This document shows positions 1-9,626 of a DNA stretch of 20,000 bases, piece by piece (position 1 is the stretch's first letter; each line of letters opens with the position of its first letter). The stretch spans positions 71,638,856 to 71,658,855 of the forward strand of contig NC_057718.1 in NCBI RefSeq assembly GCF_004010195.1. Direction: 5' to 3'. The stretch comes from Chiloscyllium plagiosum. Its lineage: Eukaryota. The position numbers were made by a program, and so were the translations under genes. The notes beneath the pieces were generated by a model. The model was not told where the DNA came from. It ran no database searches and saw only the letters and a program-made list of their open reading frames with translations.

Positions 1-54
1 TTTGGATTCAGGCTGTGGTTCTCCCACCACTGAACACCTCTGTTTCTCATTTGA

Positions 55-1682
55 GTCTCAATTATGCATCAGCGATCACATTTTCTTGACTTGCCACATA
101 CATAACTTTCAAATTCAATGGCTGTAAATAAACATCTGAACAGTGTGACATTTTTGTCCTTAAATCTCTCCACAAACTTCAATGGGTTATGATTTGGAGG
201 TGCCAGTGTTGGACTGGGGTGTACAAAGTTAAAAATCACACAACACCAGGTTATAGTCCAACAGGTTTATTTGGAAGTGCTAGTGTTTCCAAATAAACCT
301 GTTGGACTATAATCTGGTGTTGTGTGATTTTTCTCAATGGGTTATGATCGGTGTATACAAATGTATCAGATGCGTTGCTGGTAATATAAACAAAGAAATG
401 TTGTAGTGCCAACATCAAGCTTAAGTCTCTTTCTCAACTGTTGAATATTTCTGCTGATAAAAGTTCAACTTCCTGAAGAAATACCCAATAGAAATACCAA
501 ATCTGTCTTCTCGTCATCTTCTTGCAGGAGCACAGCACTGATACCCATATCATTTGCATCGATAACCACCTTGAAAAGCTTTGTGCAATCAAGTCTGGCT
601 AATACTGGGGCAGTGGTTAACACAATTTTCAGGCTGTCAATGCCTCTGACAGTCCGCTGTCCACTGAAACTTCTTAGCTTTCTTTAGCAATTCAGTGAGT
701 GGAGCAGCCACACTGCTAAAATTTGGTAGAAGCTTTCGGTAAAATCCACTCAATTCCAGGAACCGTAGTACTACCCTTTTTGTTGATGGTATGGGAAATT
801 CCCTAATCACCATGGGACCATTTATCCATGTCTAATAGCATGGCACAGGAAGGTGACTTGTGCTTTGGCAAATTCACTTTTAGCTAAGTAACCACCAAGC
901 ATGCCTTACAAAGTTGTTTGAACAAGTCGAATAAGAGTTGTAAATGTTCCTTCCATGAGTAACTAAAAACCATCAGGTCATCAAAGTACACCACACAGTT
1001 AGATAATCCAGCAATTACCTTGTTCGTTAGTCTCTGAAATGTACTTTCATACCAAATGGCATGACTTTAAACTGATACAGTCCACTTGGCGTTACAAAAA
1101 CCGAAATTGCCCTTGCTCTTTCTGACAGAGGTACCTGCCTCTGAGCAAACCCAACTTAAAAATTTAAGTTGCAGTCTTCCAAGTGTGGAATTGGATGTGC
1201 ATCAGTCTTTATAATTACATTGACTTTGCGACAATCCACACATAACCATTGGGTACCATCTGGCTTTGGCACCATTACTATGGGTGAGCTCCAGTCACTG
1301 TAACTCATTTTGATTATGCCACCTTGGAGCATTCATTCTGCCTCCTTCTGAACCTGTGCCAATGTACGAGGATTATGTTGCTTAATCGGAACAGCATCTC
1401 CTATATCTACATCATGTACAATTAGGTTAGTATTTCCCAGTTTATTTCCATGTATCTCCCCATGCGATAGTAATAACTTTTTAAGGTCATTTTGAATTTT
1501 CTCAGGAAGGTAATTCAATAATTTAATCCAATTTTTGACAACTTCCTTATTGTCCAATTTAATTTGATGAATGTCCAATTCAGAATCCTCTGAATCTTAG
1601 TCTTCCTTCTGTGTTGTAATCATTAACACCATCTCTTCTGGCTTTCCTTCCCTGTCAAAATACCTTTTGAGCATGACATACA
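55..1682 (-). mobile_element. Decayed Gypsy-superfamily (Gmr1-like) LTR retrotransposon pol: integrase C-terminal tail, RT and RNase H
   Basis: Minus-strand translation with frameshifts and stops gives MLKRYFDREG (~1645-1675), HDVDIGDAVPIKQ, SDWSSPIVMVPKPDG..LCVD.RKVN, CVVYFDD (YxDD at ~977-988), RNase H IDANDMGISAVLLQ (~520-563), YTDHNPLKF (split by the 194-333 insert) and NVIADA near 65-85. Confidence 0.9.
194..333. mobile_element. 140 bp fold-back (hairpin) non-autonomous element, PLE-terminus related, with 15 bp target-site duplication
   Basis: Inverted arms 231-276 and 287-332 (one mismatch). TCAATGGGTTATGAT flanks it at 179-193 and 334-348. Removing the insert and one copy restores the RNase H motif TDHNPLKF. 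Same family as 2410-2639, 14535-14727 and 15713-15814. Confidence 0.9.
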
Positions 1683-2069
1683 TGAGAAAGTCTAGAGCCT
1701 TAAAACTTGTCTTTAAACATTTAGACTAAAATGTAATGCTGAATTATAGAACATATTTACTGCACGAGAAAATAGACAGGCAGGAAGGCTCAGAAAAAGG
1801 GGGAACTTAAAGATAGGGATACCTGGGCTCACCAAGTGATAACAGGATGGTGTAAGACAATTGAAAACATTTGTCTCAGCATCGGTGAATCTGTGAACAA
1901 GACACCAAGTGATAACGTGAAATTAATGACAGTGTTTGATTCTGACCCTGAATGAAAATCGGTACTATCAAAAGCTTTGTAATTAATGGTCAGATGCTGC
2001 CAATTATAATGGATCCTCATTACCCCCTTGCAAGCGGGGCAGACACAGAGAAAACAAAAATCTTTGCTG

Positions 2070-2409
2070 ATTGAGTGAATTCTTAGAAGAGTGTAAAGGA
2101 AGTAGGAGTATACTTAAGAGGGAAATCAGGAAGGCAAAAAGGGGACATGAGGTAGCTTTGGCAAATAGAATTAAGGAGAATTCAAAGGGTTTTTACAAAT
2201 ATATTAAGGACAAACAGGTAACTAGGGAGAGAATTGGGCCCCTCAAAGATCAGCAAGGCAGCCTTTGTGTGGAGCCACAGAAAATGGGGGAGATACTAAA
2301 TGAATATTTTGCATCAGTATTTACTGTGGAAAAGGATATGAAAGATATAGACTGTAGGGAAATAGATGGTGACATCTCGCAAAATGTCCAGATTACAGAG
2401 GAGGAAGTG
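2070..2409 (+). mobile_element. CR1-clade (HER1-like) LINE ORF2 internal fragment
   Basis: Encodes LKREIRKAKRGHE..IKENSKGFYKYIK..LNEYFASVFT, closely similar to 10540-10877. Confidence 0.9.
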
Positions 2410-2639
2410 AAACTATCATGGTATTCGAACAGATGAAAGACTCAACAGACAATCAAAGTATTTTTCAGTTACATCACACTGTAAACTTTTGCTATAAATT
2501 GTGTCCTCCACAACCACCTGATGAAGGAGTGGTGCTCCGAAAGCTAGTGTGCTTCCAATTAAACCTGTTGGACTATAACCTAGTGTTGTGTGGTTTTTAA
2601 CTTTGCCCACCCCAGTCTAACACCGGCATCTCCAAATCA
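2410..2639 (+). mobile_element. PLE-terminus-related short element carrying a hammerhead motif
   Basis: The 3' part matches the family sequence at 194-333 and 14640-14727 (TTCCAA.TAAACCTGTTGGACTATAACC...CATCTCCAAATCA), preceded by CTGATGA...GAAA. Confidence 0.8.
2515..2549 (+). ncRNA. Minimal type I hammerhead ribozyme motif, intact core
   Basis: CAC-CUGAUGA-A-GGAGU(GGU)GCUCC-GAAA-GC-UA|GUG. Stem I is CAC/GUG, stem II is GGAG/CUCC, stem III is the loopless palindrome AGCU. Predicted cleavage after A2546. Confidence 0.75.
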
Positions 2640-3199
2640 ATTGTATCAGACATGCGAGCTGTGCATGGTTACTTTATGACCTCTCCAATTAGCTCAGACT
2701 GGACCTCTTTATGATAGGAGTTTATCTCGCTAGCAAGCTGGGTATGTTTTTCCCACCCGATGGATAACTCGAGGCCTGTAGGAGTGATTAGTCAAGCGCA
2801 CACAGATCTGTCAAATAACTTTTCTTCCTTATGAATTATTGTCCTTCACTGTTATCTGTCTAATTAAGAAAATGCAGTGTGTTTTTCAAACTTTTGTATA
2901 AAGGAAGCCACTTTGTATCAGTACAGCGGAGTAGCCTGCTGGGGCACTTGAAGAGCTGGTACCCTACTCTCCTAGGTCATTAGAACCAAGTTAGTTTAGC
3001 TTATAGGTATCCATGTTATGTTGTAACAGTGATGCTATTAGTGAATAAAGGGGATGACTAAAATTAAACTAAATGTCTGAAAAAGGTTTTTATTCTAGAT
3101 ATCCAAAGAGTACAATATCTGGGACAAACCAAGAGAGAGGCTTTACAGGTCTGAGTCCACAAGGGATTCACTGAGCCGGCTCAAATCTGTACTTTAACA

Positions 3200-3985
3200 C
3201 ACACTGTGAGATTTCCTTCTGTCTGGTCTATCACATAGTTCACCTCACACAATTTCCTTTCAATTTGATAAGGTTCCCTAAATCTTGCTTATAAAGTTTG
3301 ACCTATTACTGGAAAGAACATTAATACCCTATCCCCGATAGCAAAATTGTGAATTTTTGATTTCTTATCTGCTTTCTGTTTCATTGTATGCTGTGATAAT
3401 TTTAAATGCTGTCTAGCCAACTCCCAGCTCTATTTAATCATTCTCTAAAATTTGACACATAGTCAAATGTATGGTCTCTGAATTCTGACTTACTAACTAC
3501 TCCTCACTTCATGCCTAAAACTAATTCAAATGGACTGAATTTGATGGACTCATTTGGTGCATCTTTGATCGCAAAAAACATAACCCTTATCCCAATCATC
3601 TGGATAGTCCAGACATGGTCTTTAGTGTTTAATGCCATCTTTATAGTGCTCTCTGGGATTCTGGATGGTACGCAGTAGATTTGAATTGTTTTACGCCTAG
3701 TCTGTCCATAACTTCCTTGAACAGTTTGGATGTGAAATTTGACCCTTGATCTGACTGTATCTCTATTGGTAGTCTTTATCTAGCAAAAAAAGACTAATTC
3801 CTCTCTAATTCGTTTAGCTGTGATATTGTGTAATGGATGGCCTCTGGAAATCTCATCAATACATCCATTATTACTAACAAATACTGATTACCACTTTTTG
3901 TTTGAGGTAGGAATCCTATGCAATCAATTAAGACTCTTGTAAAATGCTGGAATACGTATTAAACGTGCAGGCGTTATTGCCTGTG
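3200..3985 (-). mobile_element. Decayed integrase (rve core plus GPY/F region) of the same LTR retrotransposon
   Basis: Minus-strand motifs LIDCIG, PEAI, QSDQGSNFTS, AYHPESQRAL*RW (the catalytic E position reads as a stop), PYQI and PDRRKSHSVC. Confidence 0.88.
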
Positions 3986-3989
3986 GTAG

Positions 3990-4881
3990 CCTGTGCCTAC
4001 TGGAGTAGCTGGTTGCCTGGAATTGACAGAAAACAGATTTGAATTAGGCCATTCAGTTTAAACTATTCCCTGAAAAAAATACTAATTTTCAATAAAGTTT
4101 GACAATCTTAAAAGCCAATGACACAATCCAATGCCCTGGGGTGTAAGACCGGGGGAAATTGAACAGTTGGGAGGAGAACTGCCAAGCCACAGCTGGTAAA
4201 AGTCTGCCTGAAAAATAACTATCTTAAAAGTACCTTTTTTGATCAGTAACCTGAGCAGCAGAAATCCCTAAGACATAGGAAGATCCAAATAGAAGAACCA
4301 AAAGCTACCTGGTTTTGAGATAAGAAGTGTTGTTTTGTAATTCTTAATTGGGAGGTTTTTTTAAATTGGATTATTTACAGTGTGGAAACAGGCCCTTCGG
4401 CCAACAAGTCCACACTGACCCTCTGATACCCAGATCCATTCCCCCTGACTATTGCATCTGACACTACAGGCAATTTAGCATGGCCAATTCACCTGACCTG
4501 CACATCTTTGGACTTGGGAAGAAACCGGAGCACCCGGAGGAAACCCACGTGGAGGCAGGGAGAATGTACAAACTCCACACAGTCACCCGGGGTGGGAATT
4601 GAACCTGGGTCCTTGGTGCTGTGAGGCAGCAGTGCTAATCACTGAGCCACCGTGCCACCCCATTGGACTTATATTATAAAAGGGAAGATAAAAGATAGGT
4701 TAGAGTAAGTACTTGTACATAATTGTTAATTAATTATTTTCTGTTATACTTGAAGAATTAAAGTTGTTAATTTTTACTTTAAATAGTTCTTGGCCACTCG
4801 AATGTTTACAGATTACTGCATGGGATAAATCTTTTCTGTGTTGCTGGTTTTATGCAGGAGAGTTTACCCTGTGTCGTAACA
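3990..4881 (+). mobile_element. Possible LTR remnant, interrupted by a SINE
   Basis: AT-rich non-coding segment adjoining the integrase and ending in the LTR-like terminus GTGTCGTAACA at 4881. The left boundary and TSD were not identified. Confidence 0.3.
4369..4661 (-). mobile_element. HE1-like tRNA-derived V-SINE
   Basis: The reverse complement has a tRNA-like head (GGTGGCTCAGTG...GGTTCAATTCC), the V-domain (GGGTTTCCTCCGGGTGCTCCGGTTT) and a LINE-like 3' end (GGCCGAAGGGCCTGTTTCCACACTGT). ATTGGA occurs on both flanks. Confidence 0.9.
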
Positions 4882-5125
4882 CTAGACTAAAACATTAACT
4901 CTGCTTTTTCTGTCCACTGATGCTGCCAGATCGGTTGAGTTTCTCAAACAATTTCTGTTTTAACTTTCCAGCATTTGCAGTTCTTTGTCTTGTTTATGCT
5001 TGTGATAAATGGAATGTACAAAATCAAAATACACTGATGCTGGAAATCTGAAACACCTGTTTCTCTTTCCATGGATTCTGCCAAACCTGCTGAGTCCCTC
5101 CAGCATTCTCTGCGTTTGCAAACAA
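4882..5125 (+). repeat. Two short degenerate PLE 3'-terminal fragments
   Basis: GATGCTGCCAGA...GAGTTTCTC and CTGCCAAACCTGCTGAGT..CTCCAGCATT resemble the sequence downstream of the hammerhead at 14385-14517 (reverse) and 15530-15635. Confidence 0.55.
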
Positions 5126-5619
5126 TATAATATTATATGTTTTGAGCTGTAATGTAACCTTGGGGAGAATTCTTGGACACTTTCTTCGTATAGTTCCATG
5201 TGACTTTTTACATTCAGCTTCATAAACAGTTTCGGTTAACATTAACTATAACACTCTGATACAATGCTCTAAATCTCAATTGTACAATGGTCTTTGGAAT
5301 ATTTTTGATTAGCAGAGCTCAGATATCCTACATCCGAAGTTGCCTGTAACTTTTGTTCGTGGATGGTGAGTTGGGGGTGATGATGGCTCAACAATGTAGT
5401 GTTCGCAACACACCTCAACTGCTAACTTTAAAGTGGTCTGGACAGAAGCTGTCCAGTTGTTTCTGATAGCATAAACATCAAGAATCAAAGAACCCGGATT
5501 TAATGTGCCTGGAGAAAAAAAACCTATTCTACGCCGTTTCTGGTTAGGATTTGGGAGAATGTTGAAGAAAGATTTCCTTGGCCTTCAAAACAATGAATAG
5601 TTATGCCAAGAGAGAAAAA

Positions 5620-5795
5620 GGTAGCACTTCCGTATAACAGCTTTTACTATAAGCTATGTGGCTCGCTCTTGCACAGTCGCCACGTCACAGCTGCGCAATA
5701 TGCTTTTGAGCAATCTTAGATCTTGTCTCCGCCCACTGTATCGCTCGTATTTACAGTGGCTCCTCCCTGAATACCCGCACCCCATTGCTCGCATC
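5620..5795 (+). promoter_or_regulatory. Proximal promoter / 5' UTR of the ACAT2-like gene
   Basis: Local CpG enrichment in unique sequence. ETS-like CACTTCCG at 5625-5632, CCACGTCA (TGACGTGG on the minus strand) at 5680-5687, C/EBP-like TGCGCAAT at 5692-5699 and GC box CTCCGCCCAC at 5727-5736, all directly upstream of the ATG. Confidence 0.7.
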
Positions 5796-5847
5796 ATGAG
5801 CCAAGAGGAAGATGTGGTCATCATAGGTGCTGCAAGAACACCGATCG
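5796..5847 (+). CDS. ACAT2: First coding exon of cytosolic acetyl-CoA acetyltransferase (thiolase); exon 2 not found in the window
   Basis: ATG at 5796 (A at -3) encodes MSQEEDVVIIGAARTPI-G, the thiolase N-terminal motif (V-I-x-A-x-R-T-P-I-G) with no targeting peptide. It is followed by a phase-1 donor G|GTAAGG at 5847/5848, which matches my recollection of the vertebrate ACAT2 intron 1 position. Confidence 0.82.
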
Positions 5848-6017
5848 GTAAGGACATTCGGTTTGGTGTAGGAATGGAGCGAACAAGTCGAGTCGGTAGC
5901 CATGTTGTAAAATTGTGAAACGACAGACGGGACTCTTTTTTGCTGTCATTTCGAATTGCCTAGAAAGCCGAAATCCGTGGCCTCTGTTGGGCCAACCGCA
6001 GCTCAGGAGACGGCTGG

Positions 6018-6078
6018 TAACCAATTGCACGTTCCCTATTAATCAAACTTGTTTCTCAGCTCAGCACCTGATTGGCTG
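6018..6078. promoter_or_regulatory. CCAAT (NF-Y) boxes at the start of intron 1
   Basis: AACCAAT at 6019-6025 and CTGATTGGCTG at 6068-6078 (reverse CAGCCAATCAG, a full NF-Y consensus). Confidence 0.45.
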
Positions 6079-6588
6079 TAGGGCCATTGTCTTTGTGTTT
6101 TCCTTGGAATTAATTCAGAGAGATAACAGCAACGAAACCTTTTAAACTGGACCCAAATATTCCAGTTTTTTCTAACACAAATCAATGTAGGTCTTTAATG
6201 TTAAAAGAGCGGCCCTATGTTCCTCTGGAACTGTGGCGACTTTACCTTATCTTCATTTACGAAAAGTATTTGGATAAATCCAGCATATTTGTATACCAAT
6301 ATATTGAAAGCTCTCTGTTGTATTTTCCAGGAATATATCTGTTGATCATATGAGTTCAGTGTGATCACAGCAGAATTTTACAGTGTTCTACTATGCTCAG
6401 TGTGTGTCATGAGGTGGTGCTTCCCTACTCCAGGCCTGGGTAGAGTATTCTGTCTAGCTACCTCCATATGGTTGTGCTTCTCTTAGCAGATTCAAATAAG
6501 AGGCCAGAAAGCAAGATGCCTTTAAATAGCCAATTTGGGGCCTTAACTGGGGCAAGGACAGATAGGATTGTCCTGGATCTTGTGTGTC

Positions 6589-7714
6589 AAGAGTGTGGTG
6601 CTGGAAAAGCACAGCAGGTCAGGCAACATCTGAGGAGCAGGAGAATCAACTTTTCAGGCATAAGCCCTTCATCAAGAATGAAGCATGTGGGTCGGGGCTG
6701 AGAGATAAATGGGATGGGGGGAGTGGGGGGCTGGGTTGGGAGGAGGTAGCTGGGAAAGTGATTGGTGGATAAAGGTGAGGGAGAAAAGGTGGTAGGTCAG
6801 AGTGGGCAGCGATGGACCGGTCTGGAGGGTGATGCTGAGTTTGGAGGCTTGGGACAGGGATAATGTGGGAGGATGGGAAATGAGGAAGCTATTGAAATCC
6901 ACATTTATCCTGTGTGGTTACAAGTCCCCAAGGTGGAATATGAGGCATTCCACCTCCAGGTTTGACAGTGGAGGAGGCCCAGGACCTGCATGTCCTTGAC
7001 GGAGTGGGAGGGGGAGGAAGAAATGTTCAGCCGTGGGGTTGGTGGGGATGGGTGTCCCAGAGATGTTCTCTGAAACGATCCACAAGAAGCTATCCTGTCT
7101 CCCCGAATATAGAGGAGACCACATCGGGCCCAAAGGACGCCGAAGATGACATAGGTAGAGGTACAGGTGAATTTCTGACAGATGACATGTGGGTGGCACA
7201 GTGGTTAGCACTGCTGCCTCAGCGCCGGAGACCCGGGTTCAATTCCCGACTCAGGCGACTGAATGTGTGGAGTTTGCACGTTCTCCCTGTGTCTGCGTGG
7301 GTTTCCTCCGGGTGCTCCGGTTTCCTCCCACAATCCAAAGATGTGCAGGTCAGGTGAATTGGCCATGCTAAATTGCCCGTAGTGTTAGGTAAGGGGTAAA
7401 TGTAGGGGTATGGGTGGGTTGCGCTTCGGCGGGTCGGTGTGGACTTGTTGGGCCGAAGGGCCTGTTTCCACACTGTAATGTAATCTAATCTAAAAAAAAT
7501 CTAATGACTCTATGACTTTATGTGGAAGGGGTCCCTTGAGGCCTTGGTTGGAGGAGATGGGAGTGGTGTGGTTGCAGGATTTGCATTTACTGCCATGGCA
7601 GGGAAAGGCGCCAGGAGTAGGGTGTGGACAAGGGAGTCGCAGAGGGAATGGTCTTTTCGGAACACTGATGGGGTGGGAAGGGATATTTTATCTCTGGTGG
7701 TGAGGTCTGTTTGG
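6589..7714 (-). mobile_element. Penelope-like element, inverted arm (GIY-YIG region plus terminus with decayed hammerhead at 6644-6679)
   Basis: Diverged reverse-complement copy of ~12020-12810, interrupted by a SINE at 7191-7503. Confidence 0.85.
7191..7503 (+). mobile_element. HE1-like tRNA-derived V-SINE, near full length
   Basis: Head GGGTGGCACAGTGGTTAGC, B box GGTTCAATTCC at 7236-7246, V-domain, LINE-like 3' end and (AATCT)n tail. Confidence 0.92.
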
Positions 7715-8981
7715 AAGTCATAGAGTCATTGAGAAATACAGCATGGAAATAAACCCTTCGGTCCTACTCGTCCATGCCGACCAGATATCCCAACCCAATC
7801 TAGTCCCACCTGCTAGCACCCGGCCCATATCCCTCCAAGCCCTTCCTATTCATGTATCCATCCAAATGCCTTTTAAATGTTGCAATTGTACCAGCCTCCA
7901 CCACTTCCTCTGGCAGCTCATTCCATACACTTACCACTCTCTGTGTGAAAACGTTGTCCCGTAGGTCTCTTTTGTATCTTTCCCCTCTCACCCTAAACCT
8001 ATGCCCTCAAGTTCTGGACTTCCCAACCCCAGGGAAAAGGCTTTGACTATTTACCCTATCCATACCCCTCATAATTTTGTAAACCTCCATGAGGTCACCC
8101 CTCAGCCTCCGACACTCCAGGGATAACAGCCCCAGTCTGTTCAGCCTCTCCCTATAGCTCAGATCCTCCAACTCTGGCAACATCCTTGTAAATCTTTTCT
8201 GAACCCTTTCAAGTTTCACAACATCTTTCCGATGGGAAGGAGACCAGAATTGCATGCAATATTCCAAGAGTGACCTAACCAATGTCCTGTACAGCCGCAA
8301 CATGACCTCCCAACTCCTGTACTCAATATTCTGACCAATAAAGAAAAGCATACCAAACGCCATCTTCACTATCCTATCTACCTGCACACTCCACTTTCAA
8401 GGAGCTATGAACCTGCACTCCAAGGTCTCTTTGTTCAGCAACATTCCCTAGGACCTTAACATTAAGTGTATTTGCTAAGATTTGCTTTCCCAAAATGCAG
8501 CACCTTGCATTTATCTAAATTAAACTCCATCTGTCACTTCTCAGCTCATTGGCCCAACTGGTCAAGATCCTGTTGATATCTGTGGTAACCCTCTTCGCTG
8601 TCCACTACACATCCAAATTTGGTGTCATCTGCAAACTTATTGACTATACCTCTTATGCTCGCATCCAAATCATTTATGTAAATGACAAAATGTAGAGGAC
8701 CCAGCCCCGATTCTTGTGGCACTCCACTGGTTACAGGCCTCCAGTCTGAAAAACAACCCACCACCACCCCCTGTCTCCTACCTTTGGGCCAGTTCTGTAT
8801 CCAAATGGCTAGTTCTCCCTGTATTCCATGAGATCTAACCTTGCTAATTAGTCTCCCATGGGGAACCTTGTCGAAAGCCTTACTGAAGTCCATATAGATC
8901 ACATCTACTGCTCTGTCCTCATCAATCTTCTTTGTTACTTCCTCAAAAAACTCAATCAAGTTTGTGAGACATGATTTCCCA
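7715..8981 (-). mobile_element. CR1-clade (HER1-like) LINE, 3' half: RT C-terminal part, 3' UTR and tail
   Basis: GKSCLTNLIEFFE, YMDFSKAFDKVPH, SGVPQES.LGP, YINDLD, KFADDTK, LERVQKRFTRM, RRLRGDL, FTQRVV..WNELP, and an ATGACTCT-type tail at 7715-7730. Confidence 0.95.
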
Positions 8982-9626
8982 AGTTTCGGGCAAAAGCCCT
9001 TCATCAGGAATACAGGCAGAGAGCCTGAAGCGTGGAGAGGAGGGTGGGGGTGGGGAGAAAGTAGCATAGAGTACAATGACTTTATGTGGAAGGGGCCCCT
9101 GAGCTGCCCAACATTTCAACTCTCCCTCCCACTCTGCCGAGGACGTGGAGGTCCTGGGCCTCCTTCACCGCCGCTCCCTCACCACCAGATGCCTGGAGGA
9201 AGAACGCCTCATCTTCCGCCTCGGAACACTTCAACCCCAGGGCATCCATGTGGATTTCAACAGTTTCCTCATTTCCCCTTCCCCCACCTCACCCTAGTTC
9301 CAAACTTCCAGCTCAGCACTGTCCCCATGACTTGTCCTACCTACCTATCTTCTTTTCCACCTATCCACTCCAACCTCCCCCCTGCCCCCGACCTATCACC
9401 TTCATCCCCTCCCCCAGTCACCTATTGTACTCTATGCTACTTTCTCCCCACCCCCACCCTCTAGCTTATCTCTCCACGCCTTCAGGCTCTCTGCCTTTAT
9501 TCCTGATTCGGCTTTTGCCCGAAACGTCGATTTTACTGCTCCTTGGATGCTGCCTGAACTGCTGTGCTCTTCCAGCACCACTAGTCCAGAATCTGGTTTC
9601 CAGCATCTGCAATCATTGTTTTTACC
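8982..9626 (+). mobile_element. Truncated PLE terminus (9105-9626, +) preceded by a short inverted copy of itself (8983-9077, -)
   Basis: 8983-9077 is a close reverse complement of ~9424-9525. Hammerhead motifs at 8983-9011 (-, truncated after GAAAC) and 9499-9532 (+, damaged). The end of the GIY-YIG ORF (EERLIFRLGTLQP) lies near 9195-9240. Confidence 0.85.

Larger units (their letters stand above)
1683..3199 (+). mobile_element. Probable solo LTR inserted in the Gmr1-like integrase tail, itself containing a CR1 fragment and a hammerhead-bearing element
   Basis: Begins TGAGAAAG and ends CTTTAACA (TG...CA, imperfect terminal inverted repeat). Flanks are TACA/CACA (4 bp TSD, one mismatch). TATAAA at 2897-2902 and AATAAA at 3044-3049. 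Removing it rejoins the integrase tail RKSHSVC(H..)MLKRYF. Confidence 0.55.

Noticed and set aside
194..333. MITE, miRNA hairpin or terminator
   Set aside because: The arms are not terminal (37 bp unpaired on one side), TSD length varies between copies, and longer copies carry a hammerhead, which points to a PLE-type retroelement.
5658..5918. 86 aa ORF as a complete protein
   Set aside because: It starts at a non-ATG codon and runs through the splice donor at 5848. Only 5796-5847 is thiolase-like.
7191..7260. tRNA gene
   Set aside because: The A/B-box-like head continues into a V-SINE body and tail, so it is a SINE head.
8546..9076. 176 aa ORF with a novel N-terminus
   Set aside because: It is a chance in-frame join of a non-coding PLE terminus to CR1 RT.
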